Shown piece by piece: positions 28,186 to 37,279 of a stretch of DNA of 64,000 bases. Source of the stretch: Escherichia virus TH54. A model generated the notes under the pieces. The model had not been told where the DNA came from. It was given only the letters and a program-made list of their open reading frames with translations, and did no database searches. The DNA lies in sequence record MT446420.1; one strand, given 5' to 3'. Positions within the stretch are counted from its first letter, which is position 1, and each line of letters begins with the position of its first letter. A program made the position numbers and the translations under genes.

Positions 28186-28531
28186 TACGAACCTCCTTAA
28201 TAAATTCTTCGGCACATTTAATTTTGTGCTCTTCTTGTAGGGAAACACATTTTTGTTCCCACGCTTTAACTCGCCCGCGATAACCTTTATTCATATGATT
28301 TTGATGCCACACGTTTATCAATAACATGCTCAGGACTGTAATAAAAGGTGCTGCAATTACTAGCGTCCAGGCGACTCCAACACTAATGATATTCATATCT
28401 CCACAAAGCACCATCATTATAACCCCAACGATGCACATGGACAGAGCTCCAAATGGAGGCATAAGGTCTTTATCAATCTTGTCTGCGTATACAAATTTTT
28501 CTGGTTTACTTGGCAGATATAACGTTCGCAT
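28172..28531 (-). CDS. membrane protein with C-terminal FIKEVRNG tail
   Basis: TM helices; start trimmed. Confidence 0.55.
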   Translation of the reverse strand: MRTLYLPSKPEKFVYADKIDKDLMPPFGALSMCIVGVIMMVLCGDMNIISVGVAWTLVIAAPFITVLSMLLINVWHQNHMNKGYRGRVKAWEQKCVSLQEEHKIKCAEEFIKEVRNGTA

Positions 28532-29060
28532 TTTGAACCTCTTTAGCATATTCACGACATTCAGCAATAAAACGATTAAGCTTACGTTTCCGTTTACGAC
28601 ATTCTAATGTGTACTCAGCCGCCAAATCAAAAAGCTCATCTTTATCATAATTTTTAATATCAGTATAAGTTGGGCGGCGGTCAACCATTCCAAAGTGGTC
28701 ACCATTTTCCAACATCAAATAACACACCAAATGGTCATCATCGTCCGCATTAATAAGCTGCTTATAATCACTTGGTTCATTTAACGCATACACAGAATAA
28801 CTCAGTCCAGCGAATTCCACTCGTTGAATACCCAGATTTACATCAATAATTTCCAAGGCATCTGCGAAAGAAAGGTCTTCAGCTAAAGCAAAAATAAAAG
28901 GCAATTTGGTAGTATCACCGCGACTTGTTGTTCTTCTTAAGAAATCATTGGAATAGCCCAGGTCACCACGGATTCTATAAAGAACTGTATTAGTTTCAGT
29001 GGCAAGACCGCTACCACCAAACCAGTCTACATTTGATATAAGGTCAGTGTATAAGCTCAT
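28506..29060 (-). CDS. hypothetical protein with C-terminal FIAECRE motif
   Basis: ORF track, start trimmed. Confidence 0.55.
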   Translation of the reverse strand: MSLYTDLISNVDWFGGSGLATETNTVLYRIRGDLGYSNDFLRRTTSRGDTTKLPFIFALAEDLSFADALEIIDVNLGIQRVEFAGLSYSVYALNEPSDYKQLINADDDDHLVCYLMLENGDHFGMVDRRPTYTDIKNYDKDELFDLAAEYTLECRKRKRKLNRFIAECREYAKEVQNANVISAK

Positions 29061-29104
29061 AATTTTCTCCTCTCCCAATTAGGGGGCAAAGCCCCCATTT
29101 TATC

Positions 29105-29698
29105 TTACTTAAGCGAATTGATATATTCTTCAATGTCAGCGGATGTGGTATCCACACCAACCTGTGGGCCTTTGAAGGTTTCAACACGCATCAGAGTGTC
29201 TTCAATATCAATCTTAGTCAATGCAGCGATTTCAACAACATCATCTGCAGTCGCAATACCTAGGGCAGATACTTTACGGGTTTCGCGGATGTATTCCAGT
29301 TTAACAGCTAGTTCCTGACGAGAGTCATCTAGCTCTTTAACTTTCAATTTAATTTCATTACGCATTTCAACATAATCATCTGCCTTCTTACGAAGTTGTT
29401 TAGCAGTGCGACGATACAGGAGACCCAGTTTAGCATGGACCTGGACATCTGCACCATCAGCAATCAGTTTGCGGATTTCACGCTCTTTTGAAGCGGCGAG
29501 TTGGTCTTTTTCATTCGCTAACTCGCGGATGCGTTTTTCTTCATTAACAGACTTAACGTGGGCAGTCTGGAGCTCAGTAATCTTGTCAATCAGGGTAGAA
29601 GCCGCTTGAGTATATTGGTCTTCAATAGACAGGTTTTTTGCCATTGCAGTACCCAGTTTGGAGCGGATGAATTCAACAAGTTTCTTTAAAGTATTCAT
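29105..29698 (-). CDS. coiled-coil protein, 197 aa
   Basis: long heptad-rich helices. Confidence 0.6.
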   Translation of the reverse strand: MNTLKKLVEFIRSKLGTAMAKNLSIEDQYTQAASTLIDKITELQTAHVKSVNEEKRIRELANEKDQLAASKEREIRKLIADGADVQVHAKLGLLYRRTAKQLRKKADDYVEMRNEIKLKVKELDDSRQELAVKLEYIRETRKVSALGIATADDVVEIAALTKIDIEDTLMRVETFKGPQVGVDTTSADIEEYINSLK

Positions 29699-29773
29699 GG
29701 TATTTCCTTCAGTTGGTTAATGTTTTATTATCCAGGGAACATACTATCATGTTCCCAGAGGTTTGTAAACATT

Positions 29774-30172
29774 TTATTTCATTTTTGCGAGGCAGATTTC
29801 ATTGGCTTCCCATTGAGCTTGCTTAATAATAGCTTTGGATACAGGAACCTTTTGACCATAAGTTTTTGACGTTGAGAGAACAATATATTTGTTTGCCTCA
29901 TTATGCCAACCCCATGATTTTTCGCCATGAGTACCTTTAACAACAGCTGACACCTCAACAGAACAACCATCAGCGCCAATCTTGGTATCAACAATCCATT
30001 CATTTCGCTTAATTGCTGCTTCCAATGTTGCTGCTTCCGCCATCCAGTGCGTTTCAGGGTCTATTTGTTCAATCTCACGAGTTAACGCAACTCCCAGGTC
30101 TTTTGCATATTTTTGTTGTTCAGGAGTTAATGAATCATATAACTTCTTCATTTCTTTATCTTCAATATTCAT
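29774..30172 (-). CDS. hypothetical protein, about 132 aa
   Basis: ORF track trimmed; GGA RBS. Confidence 0.55.
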   Translation of the reverse strand: MNIEDKEMKKLYDSLTPEQQKYAKDLGVALTREIEQIDPETHWMAEAATLEAAIKRNEWIVDTKIGADGCSVEVSAVVKGTHGEKSWGWHNEANKYIVLSTSKTYGQKVPVSKAIIKQAQWEANEICLAKMK

Positions 30173-30206
30173 AATATTTTCCTCAAGGGGCTTTCGCCCC
30201 AATCAT

Positions 30207-30512
30207 TTAGATTTTGTTTTCCTGTACACCATAATAAAGCTCATCAGACACAATATCCAGGATGCGGCGAACATATTCATCATGGTATTGACAGTCAAAA
30301 TCAAATGCAACAGTAGTTTCCGCTTCACGAGTGAATTTAACTTGCACATTCAGGTGATTAACAACGTTAGTTAATTTATCAGTAAAGAACTCTTTTGCTA
30401 CCGCCTGTTGGACTTGCACTTTGAACTTGGTGTTACGAATCATATTTTCAGCAGATGCGAAATTACCAGTTTTATCAAAGTCAACAAGCGCCAGGTTGAT
30501 GATGAATTTCAT
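30207..30512 (-). CDS. hypothetical protein, 101 aa
   Basis: conserved leader upstream. Confidence 0.6.
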   Translation of the reverse strand: MKFIINLALVDFDKTGNFASAENMIRNTKFKVQVQQAVAKEFFTDKLTNVVNHLNVQVKFTREAETTVAFDFDCQYHDEYVRRILDIVSDELYYGVQENKI

Positions 30513-30570
30513 TTTATTCTCCAGTGTTTTATTTGGTAACTCAGTATGGAATCATTATGCCTTAAAGCAG
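30513..30570 (-). promoter_or_regulatory. early promoter/leader cassette
   Basis: conserved element. Confidence 0.5.
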
Positions 30571-30594
30571 GGGGCTTGTATACCCCCTTTTTAA

Positions 30595-31026
30595 TTAAAT
30601 TTCAAATTCTTTGCGGAAGTTGGAAGCATAAGACTGAACTGATGCTTTGTTGAATCCAAACTCACGCACAATCATATCAATAACAGCTCTACGAGCAGCA
30701 CCATTAGACATATTGACAGTTTTGAACATATCATAGCATAAATCTTTGTTGCTCATGCCGGAGCGTTTAGGTGCCTTACGTTCAGCTTTAGGAGTAGGTT
30801 TAACTTCTGGTTTAACCTGTCCATCATTCAGACCTTTAAAAATTTTACCTGCCAGCGTTGCCAGTTTAGCAGCTTCGCCACGAGTGATACCAAATACTGC
30901 CGGGTTAAATGAAATACCTTCAGCTGTCAGACGTTTGAAGAACATACGTGCTGCGGATTGTGCTTCAGCTTCAGAAGAGTTGTTTAATGCCAGTTTAATG
31001 TACTTAACCAGTTTTGAAGTTTTCAT
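30595..31026 (-). CDS. hypothetical protein, 143 aa, C-terminal domain shared with 31479..31904
   Basis: shared ...AARRA.ID..V......QSYASNFRK. Confidence 0.65.
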   Translation of the reverse strand: MKTSKLVKYIKLALNNSSEAEAQSAARMFFKRLTAEGISFNPAVFGITRGEAAKLATLAGKIFKGLNDGQVKPEVKPTPKAERKAPKRSGMSNKDLCYDMFKTVNMSNGAARRAVIDMIVREFGFNKASVQSYASNFRKEFEI

Positions 31027-31099
31027 TTTATTATCCCGTTTGTTTATTTGTTAACTCAGTATGGAATCATTATGTCTTAGTTAAATTCCAAAGTACACA
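31027..31099 (-). promoter_or_regulatory. early promoter/leader cassette
   Basis: conserved element. Confidence 0.5.
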
Positions 31100-31396
31100 T
31101 TAATTTTCAGAAGTTGGGAAATAAACTTCAAAGTCATACATGTTTACTACCGCAGACGCGATTGCCTGGTACTGCATACCTAAGAAAGTTTTCTTATTCT
31201 TGCGCCACAAGTTAACCATTTCTGTTTTGATGCATGCCAGGGAATAGTTGGATGCAGGATACTGTTTGATGATTGCAACAACTTCTTCAGAAGCAGTTTC
31301 ACACAATTCATTCAGTTGAGCTTCAATTTTAGCAGAAATGATTGCTTTGTTTTCTTCTTGAGCTTGGGTAGCGTGCCATGCAGGTGCGTTAAACAT
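31100..31396 (-). CDS. hypothetical protein, 98 aa
   Basis: conserved leader upstream. Confidence 0.6.
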   Translation of the reverse strand: MFNAPAWHATQAQEENKAIISAKIEAQLNELCETASEEVVAIIKQYPASNYSLACIKTEMVNLWRKNKKTFLGMQYQAIASAVVNMYDFEVYFPTSEN

Positions 31397-31478
31397 TTTA
31401 TTCTCCAGTGTTTTATTTGTTAACTCAGTATGGGATAATTATACAATATCCCACCTGGAAGTAAAACACTTTTCTCAA
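31397..31478 (-). promoter_or_regulatory. early promoter/leader cassette (TATAAT in GGGATA/TATCCC palindrome)
   Basis: conserved element. Confidence 0.5.
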
Positions 31479-31904
31479 TTATTTTTGAGCTTTGCGGAAG
31501 TTGGAAGCATAAGACTGAACAACAGTCTTTTTGATATCATGGGTGGTAACCAGAACATCAATCAGAGCGCGTCGAGCTGCATTATCATTCATATCAATTT
31601 CTGCAAATGCCTGGAAGCAAATGTCACGGGCGTTACCCGATTTGGACCGGATTTTTTCTTCTTTAACTTCTTCAATTGGGAATTCAATCATTTCAGCTTG
31701 GATTAATTCAATGATAGATTCTTTTGACTGTTTGGTGTTTACCTTCAGTTCAGAATTAAGGGACTTGGCGATGGCAACAATCTGGGTTGAAGTCAGATGA
31801 ATAAGTGCATCTTCACGAATGCAGATTTCACATACTTCGTCAGCAACCATTTTGTTGGTGATGCGGGTAACAGAGAATGCAGAGGTCAGGGTCAGAAAGT
31901 TCAT
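31479..31904 (-). CDS. hypothetical protein, about 141 aa, paralog of 30595..31026
   Basis: start trimmed to ATG after conserved leader. Confidence 0.65.
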   Translation of the reverse strand: MNFLTLTSAFSVTRITNKMVADEVCEICIREDALIHLTSTQIVAIAKSLNSELKVNTKQSKESIIELIQAEMIEFPIEEVKEEKIRSKSGNARDICFQAFAEIDMNDNAARRALIDVLVTTHDIKKTVVQSYASNFRKAQK

Positions 31905-31985
31905 TTTATTTCTCCAAAGTTTTGTTTGATTCAGTGTGTAACTCAGTATGGAATCATTATGCACCCGGTCAATTCGGATGTACAC
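31905..31985 (-). promoter_or_regulatory. early promoter/leader cassette
   Basis: conserved element. Confidence 0.5.
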
Positions 31986-32032
31986 TACTTTTTGAAGAAA
32001 ATTTCAAATTTATTCGGGGTATAAAAAAGCCC

Positions 32033-32060
32033 CAACCTTTCGGGAGGGGCTATACCTTGT
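32033..32060 (-). terminator. rho-independent terminator (GC hairpin plus T6 on minus strand)
   Basis: GCCCC...GGGGC followed by TTTTTT. Confidence 0.65.
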
Positions 32061-32088
32061 CGGGGTTCCACCTGCAAGGCAAGTGTTC

Positions 32089-32472
32089 TTATCCGCGAGC
32101 GAATGCCATTGCAGCGCGTTCGTTGGCACGGTCGGTGATGTTCAAGAATTTATCACGAGCGATTTCGATTGGAGCGCCAACCCAGTCAGCAGCACCATTA
32201 CCCGGAGACTGTTTAGGACGGACCATATAAGTCGAAACTTTGGAACCGGCTAGTTTGGCACCTGGTGCCGCGGCATTTTTAACGTCTTTGGCTTTGATGC
32301 CAAATCCAGTTACGATACCCCAAGAAACGCCATTAACTGGTTTCTTGAACATAACACGGTCACCAATTGAAACACCAGCTTTTTCTGGAGCCACTAAAGA
32401 AAATTTACCAGCTTCAGTCAGTACGGATTCGGTGATGGTATTGCGATTTAAAAATTCTGCATATGTAAGCAT
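32089..32472 (-). CDS. hypothetical protein, 127 aa, possibly late-expressed
   Basis: TATAAATA 31 nt upstream. Confidence 0.65.
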   Translation of the reverse strand: MLTYAEFLNRNTITESVLTEAGKFSLVAPEKAGVSIGDRVMFKKPVNGVSWGIVTGFGIKAKDVKNAAAPGAKLAGSKVSTYMVRPKQSPGNGAADWVGAPIEIARDKFLNITDRANERAAMAFARG

Positions 32473-32503
32473 TTTGTTTTTCCATTATTAGGGTTGTTGT
32501 TAA

Positions 32504-32511
32504 TATTTATA
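32504..32511 (-). promoter_or_regulatory. late promoter TATAAATA
   Basis: exact T4 late -10 consensus, appropriate spacing. Confidence 0.5.
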
Positions 32512-32520
32512 TTCCATAGT

Positions 32521-32580
32521 ACCGGATGCACCATCCGCTCGGATTTCTCATACTACCGGACGCACCGTCCGCTCTGGAAA
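32521..32580 (-). repeat. two tandem hairpin-forming repeats (CGGAYG-GTG-CRTCCG)
   Basis: two perfect 6-bp-stem hairpins in about 29-nt direct repeats. Confidence 0.6.
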
Positions 32581-32711
32581 AAACTCCGTTAAAAGGATGC
32601 GCCGTTTCAGCTGTGATATAAGGGGACATCAACAAATCGTAAAGATTTATTAATGCCAGTCCTTAAACAGGGAACATCAGTCCGACGACTTACCGGTAGC
32701 GACCCGGTTTC

Positions 32712-32951
32712 TCATTCAATTGTAATAGCTAATTTGACTTTAACAACCTTATAATTGGAATCAAGGTCATTGAATTCCATAAAATTTGTTGCTAATCTGC
32801 GAGTCGGGAAACTTAGATATTTATTATGCTCAGGTGGAGCAGTTAATGCAAACCATGGGACTTGTTTATCATTTTCATCAAACTCATCAAAGCTATAAAC
32901 CAGCTCGTTGTTGGTTATATCCATAACTGCATATGATTCACTAATAACCAT
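32712..32951 (-). CDS. hypothetical acidic protein, about 79 aa
   Basis: start trimmed to avoid tRNA; GAGG RBS. Confidence 0.5.
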   Translation of the reverse strand: MVISESYAVMDITNNELVYSFDEFDENDKQVPWFALTAPPEHNKYLSFPTRRLATNFMEFNDLDSNYKVVKVKLAITIE

Positions 32952-32966
32952 AATATCCTCAGTAAT

Positions 32967-33043
32967 TGGTCGGGGTGGTGGGATTCTAACCCACAACCTA
33001 CGGTTTAGAAGACCGTTGCTCTATACAATTGAGCTACACCCCG
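32967..33043 (-). tRNA. tRNA-Arg (anticodon TCT), CCA encoded
   Basis: hand-folded cloverleaf: acceptor CGGGGTG/CACCCCG, D-stem GCTC/GAGC, anticodon loop CTTCTAA, T-stem GTGGG/CCCAC. Confidence 0.8.
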
Positions 33044-33045
33044 GG

Positions 33046-33119
33046 TGGCCCCATCCGGACTTGAACCGGAAACCTGCCAGTTATGAGCCGGATGCTCTAA
33101 CCAATTGAGCTACAGGGCC
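33046..33119 (-). tRNA. tRNA with anticodon CAT (Met or Ile2)
   Basis: hand-folded cloverleaf: acceptor GGCCCTG, D-stem GCTC/GAGC, anticodon loop CTCATAA, T-arm TCCGG-TTCAAGT-CCGGA. Confidence 0.75.
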
Positions 33120-33124
33120 TAAAA

Positions 33125-33394
33125 TTAAATTACAAATCCAGCGGGAGCATTATCATCTTTAACCATATGCTGAATTGTATGATAAGTCATTTCTTCTGGT
33201 GCAACCAGATAAGCCGCCGTATTAACCAACGGGATTAATTTGACTTTATTGAATGTTGAACAACCAATTGACATAAAGGTTTCGCCTGTTGGATGCTGAA
33301 TTTCGCCAAATTGACACTCATACGAAATAGAGCAACGTTTGGTAGTGGTTGTCTTTGTTTTAGGGTCGTAAAAAGCTAATTTTAATACTAACAT
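33125..33394 (-). CDS. hypothetical protein, 89 aa
   Basis: ORF track. Confidence 0.5.
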   Translation of the reverse strand: MLVLKLAFYDPKTKTTTTKRCSISYECQFGEIQHPTGETFMSIGCSTFNKVKLIPLVNTAAYLVAPEEMTYHTIQHMVKDDNAPAGFVI

Positions 33395-33514
33395 AATACC
33401 TCAAGTAAAATTAAGTAAAGTAAGTTTGATTAATAGCACATGCTATTATGAAAGGTTCTTTGAGGGAAGAACCTTTGGTAATAGAGGGTACTTATTAATA
33501 ATAACGCGTTTTTA

Positions 33515-33991
33515 TTAAAGCATATCAAGTGCTTTAACGGATGGGATTTGGATTTCTTCTTCAATGATGTATAGCTTAACATAAGAAATTACACGCATGA
33601 AATCACCATCATATTCACAAGCCATACCTAAAAGTTCGGTCAGGGCTTCATTTAGGTAGTATTCTTCATCATCGCCATTTAGCAATGCATCTAAATCTTC
33701 TACACCCAGAACCTTACTTAAAAATTCATGGGTTAACTGACCAGATTTTACACCAGATGCAATGTGGGCGATAACCAAGTGTTTAACCACATCCCATTCT
33801 GAATTACCACATTTATTGTGGTTGTTGCAATGCGAACCATGGAAAAGTTCCAGGATATATTTGTACTGTTGAATTTCTTGTTCTTCTACACCAAATACAG
33901 TCTGGGTTTTATAATTATCACCATCATTTTCCCAGGTTTCAATTTCAATCACATAACCTTTAGGGATGGTCTGACCAAATTTGATATTCAT
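33515..33991 (-). CDS. hypothetical protein, 158 aa
   Basis: ORF track. Confidence 0.6.
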   Translation of the reverse strand: MNIKFGQTIPKGYVIEIETWENDGDNYKTQTVFGVEEQEIQQYKYILELFHGSHCNNHNKCGNSEWDVVKHLVIAHIASGVKSGQLTHEFLSKVLGVEDLDALLNGDDEEYYLNEALTELLGMACEYDGDFMRVISYVKLYIIEEEIQIPSVKALDML

Positions 33992-34377
33992 TCACATGTT
34001 CCTTCATCAACAATAGTATGTGTATTGGCATTGACAATCTGCCACCAGTCAAAACGGTTGGAACCATAACAAGGTTTATTCTCGTTTTCTTTAATGATAA
34101 CGCGCAGTTCATCTTCAGTCGCAGCCTTTGCGATTAAGTCAGCATAACCGCCACGAGGATAATAGCTATCACCAGCAAAGAGCAAAAAGTTTGTTTTGAT
34201 ATTCTTGAATTCTTCAAGAGTGATAACTGTTCCACCAGGTTGAACAATATCTACATAACTATATCCTAATTTCTGTGCTTCGTTTACCGCTTCAAGCAGG
34301 GTGTCATGTGCCCATCCAATTTGACAATCTGGTTTTTCAGATGGATTTGCCTGATAATCCGCGTACACTTTATACAT
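33988..34377 (-). CDS. hypothetical protein, about 129 aa
   Basis: ORF track, start trimmed. Confidence 0.55.
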   Translation of the reverse strand: MYKVYADYQANPSEKPDCQIGWAHDTLLEAVNEAQKLGYSYVDIVQPGGTVITLEEFKNIKTNFLLFAGDSYYPRGGYADLIAKAATEDELRVIIKENENKPCYGSNRFDWWQIVNANTHTIVDEGTCE

Positions 34378-34378
34378 T

Positions 34379-34564
34379 TTACTCACCTTTGGAGATTTTA
34401 TCCATAACAAAAGAGATTGAACCAATTAAAAATGCAACTACTAAAGAGATTATATTCTCAGAAGTTGAAAGCATATTCAACATAAAGCCAGCAAACATGC
34501 TAAAACCAAAAGCGGTAACAGCAACAAGGGCAGTAACATTTCTAATTAATTCGCAACGTTTCAT
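34379..34564 (-). CDS. small membrane protein, 61 aa
   Basis: two TM helices; promoter cassette upstream. Confidence 0.5.
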   Translation of the reverse strand: MKRCELIRNVTALVAVTAFGFSMFAGFMLNMLSTSENIISLVVAFLIGSISFVMDKISKGE

Positions 34565-34621
34565 TTTATTCTCCTCAGTAGTTGATGGGATAATTATACG
34601 CTATCCCATTCAAATGTACAC
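34565..34621 (-). promoter_or_regulatory. early promoter-like cassette (ATGGGATAGCG-TATAAT-TATCCCAT)
   Basis: conserved element. Confidence 0.5.
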
Positions 34622-34876
34622 TTATTTTTTAGGGATACGATAGTAACGCATCTCAACATCTTTCTGCTTGTGCCACTTTTTGATAAGGTCTTCAGAACCT
34701 TTAATGGTAACGATGTCATAGCGACCATCATGCGATACTTCAGCACTTAACTGCATGAAGTTGTCTAATGAACGGCGGAATTCTTCATTAGAAAAACTGC
34801 CACGCGGGGAACCAACATAAGCAAACTCAACTTTTGCATCTGCGGCTTCGTTAATAAATTCTTGATAAGTTTTCAT
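34622..34876 (-). CDS. internal-protein-like, CTS MKTYQEFINE
   Basis: CTS. Confidence 0.8.
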   Translation of the reverse strand: MKTYQEFINEAADAKVEFAYVGSPRGSFSNEEFRRSLDNFMQLSAEVSHDGRYDIVTIKGSEDLIKKWHKQKDVEMRYYRIPKK

Positions 34877-34931
34877 TAGTAGCTCCAGTAGTTGATGGGA
34901 TAATTATACTGCAACTATCCCATCGCGTACA
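34877..34931 (-). promoter_or_regulatory. early promoter-like cassette
   Basis: conserved element. Confidence 0.45.
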
Positions 34932-35231
34932 TTACATTTTTGAACCACGAATTACACCATAAGCGGCGAAGTCGTCAGAAATATCTTTAGGAGAGTTCTT
35001 ACCAGTTTCAATGAAGGCAATGCTTGACTTCTGACTAAAAGAGGTAATTTTGTTATAGTTGGAGTCAAGGAAGGTATAACCATTTTTACGCAGCTGGTCA
35101 AAGTCTTCAGCGTCGCCTTTACCTTTGAAGTCAACCCATTTGTAGGTGTTTTTCTTCTGAAGGCCCAGAGGCCAGGTTTTTGCTTCTGCCAGGTAATTGT
35201 TTTCTACCAAAAATTCATGAAAAGTTTGCAT
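34932..35231 (-). CDS. internal-protein-like, CTS MQTFHEFLVE; paralog of 21595..21858
   Basis: CTS; shared GDAEDF...NGY.F motif. Confidence 0.75.
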   Translation of the reverse strand: MQTFHEFLVENNYLAEAKTWPLGLQKKNTYKWVDFKGKGDAEDFDQLRKNGYTFLDSNYNKITSFSQKSSIAFIETGKNSPKDISDDFAAYGVIRGSKM

Positions 35232-35239
35232 TTGAAATC

Positions 35240-35512
35240 CTATTTTAGATAAATTGCATATTTTTTATAACCAGCCGTCTCATGACGGAGACCCTTGTCA
35301 TTGGCAAAACGCTCAATGTTATTAATTTGGTTCTGGTCAAGTTCTGAAATGTCAAACGCGAAAAAGTTGCGTTTGTTGCCAATTGTTATATGGTCAGTTA
35401 AGTCAATGCTATACAGGTGATTGATATTGTCAATCATAGCTTTGACTGCTTTACTAATTTTTACTTCTTCATTCAGTTGGGACTCGTTGAAAAATTCATT
35501 GAAAGTTTTCAT
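35240..35512 (-). CDS. internal-protein-like, CTS MKTFNEFFNE
   Basis: CTS. Confidence 0.75.
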   Translation of the reverse strand: MKTFNEFFNESQLNEEVKISKAVKAMIDNINHLYSIDLTDHITIGNKRNFFAFDISELDQNQINNIERFANDKGLRHETAGYKKYAIYLK

Positions 35513-35520
35513 AAGAAACC

Positions 35521-35853
35521 TTATTTATAAAGTTTTGCCAGTTCTTTACGTCCGCGAGCAGACATAATAAATTGTTCATCGCCAATTTTAAAATAAGCCA
35601 TACCGCCGTCAACAGCGATACCAATTTCTTTAGTACCTTCTTTGCCTTTCCACTTGCCACCAGATTTCAGGACAGCTTCAACTGCAGCTTTGGAATATTT
35701 GGACGTTTGAAAACGTTCATTACCAATCTGAAAGAAAACACCATCTGCATTTTTGGTTAAACCAAATTTCAGAGAGCCTTCACTATCATCAATTGATTTG
35801 GTCTCATTGATGGCGGATTCGGCTAAAAACTCGTTGTAAGTCTTGATGTTCAT
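35521..35853 (-). CDS. internal-protein-like, CTS MNIKTYNEFLAE
   Basis: CTS; start trimmed. Confidence 0.75.
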   Translation of the reverse strand: MNIKTYNEFLAESAINETKSIDDSEGSLKFGLTKNADGVFFQIGNERFQTSKYSKAAVEAVLKSGGKWKGKEGTKEIGIAVDGGMAYFKIGDEQFIMSARGRKELAKLYK

Positions 35854-35913
35854 TTTAACTCCGTTTGTTCGTTGGTGTAGGAACATAATACTGCACCTAC
35901 ACTCATTTGTACA

Positions 35914-36601
<688 letters not shown>

Positions 36602-36602
<1 letters not shown>

Positions 36603-37279
36603 TATATTACCTTATTAATTTTATCAAAAAGTTCTTCGAGTGTGCCATTGTTTTTAATAACAATGTCACTAGCTAGTGGTGGAAGTCCAGCTTCCGTAAT
36701 GTGTGTATCAGTAGAATGATTTGCTTCATCGCGTTCTACAAAAATTATTGTAGCACCCATCGCCCGAAGCGAATCAAGTTCGTTCTTTTGGCGAACATCA
36801 GGGACAACGTAATATTTATATCCAGAATAAAGGTTGTCAAGATAGTCGCATGCAAAAGTTTTAATCCAAAACATGCTGTCGAACTCTGTACAAACGATGT
36901 CAGTTCCAAGGGTCTGCATGAAACGTCTAACCGTCCAGGGCTCAACATTATTTAGTGTGTGAAATTCAATGATTTTACGAACCATATCTGGATTCGGAAG
37001 GTCAAGATTGTATTGTTGTTTCAACCATTCAAGAGCATCAACCAGAAGAATATAAGCTTCGGTGTTGTTCATTATCAAGGTTTTTTCACGGTCATAACCT
37101 TGTCCATCAAAATTTTCCAGGGTCAAATTGTGTGGTAGGTCTTGACGAATCCACGCTTTATAAAGCGCTTCTTTAATCGGACCCGCAAGCTGCCACTTTG
37201 TTCCGTTTTGACTAATAACATAATCAGCAGTCGTATCTTTACCACTGCGTTTTTTACCCACAATCGCAATTAATTTCAT
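36602..37279 (-). CDS. 1: deoxynucleoside monophosphate kinase
   Basis: Walker A GKKRSGKDT; synteny. Confidence 0.92.

Noticed and set aside
29080-30206. GC hairpins (GGGGGCAAAGCCCCC at about 29086..29100, GGGGCTTTCGCCCC at about 30190..30203) as terminators
   Set aside because: On the transcribed (minus) strand they are not followed by a T-run and lie immediately before the next RBS; more likely intercistronic structures, so not called as terminators.
35522-35529. TATAAATA match on minus strand just upstream of an IP gene
   Set aside because: Only 9 nt from the start codon, leaving no room for a leader with an RBS. Exact 8-mers are expected by chance in AT-rich DNA.
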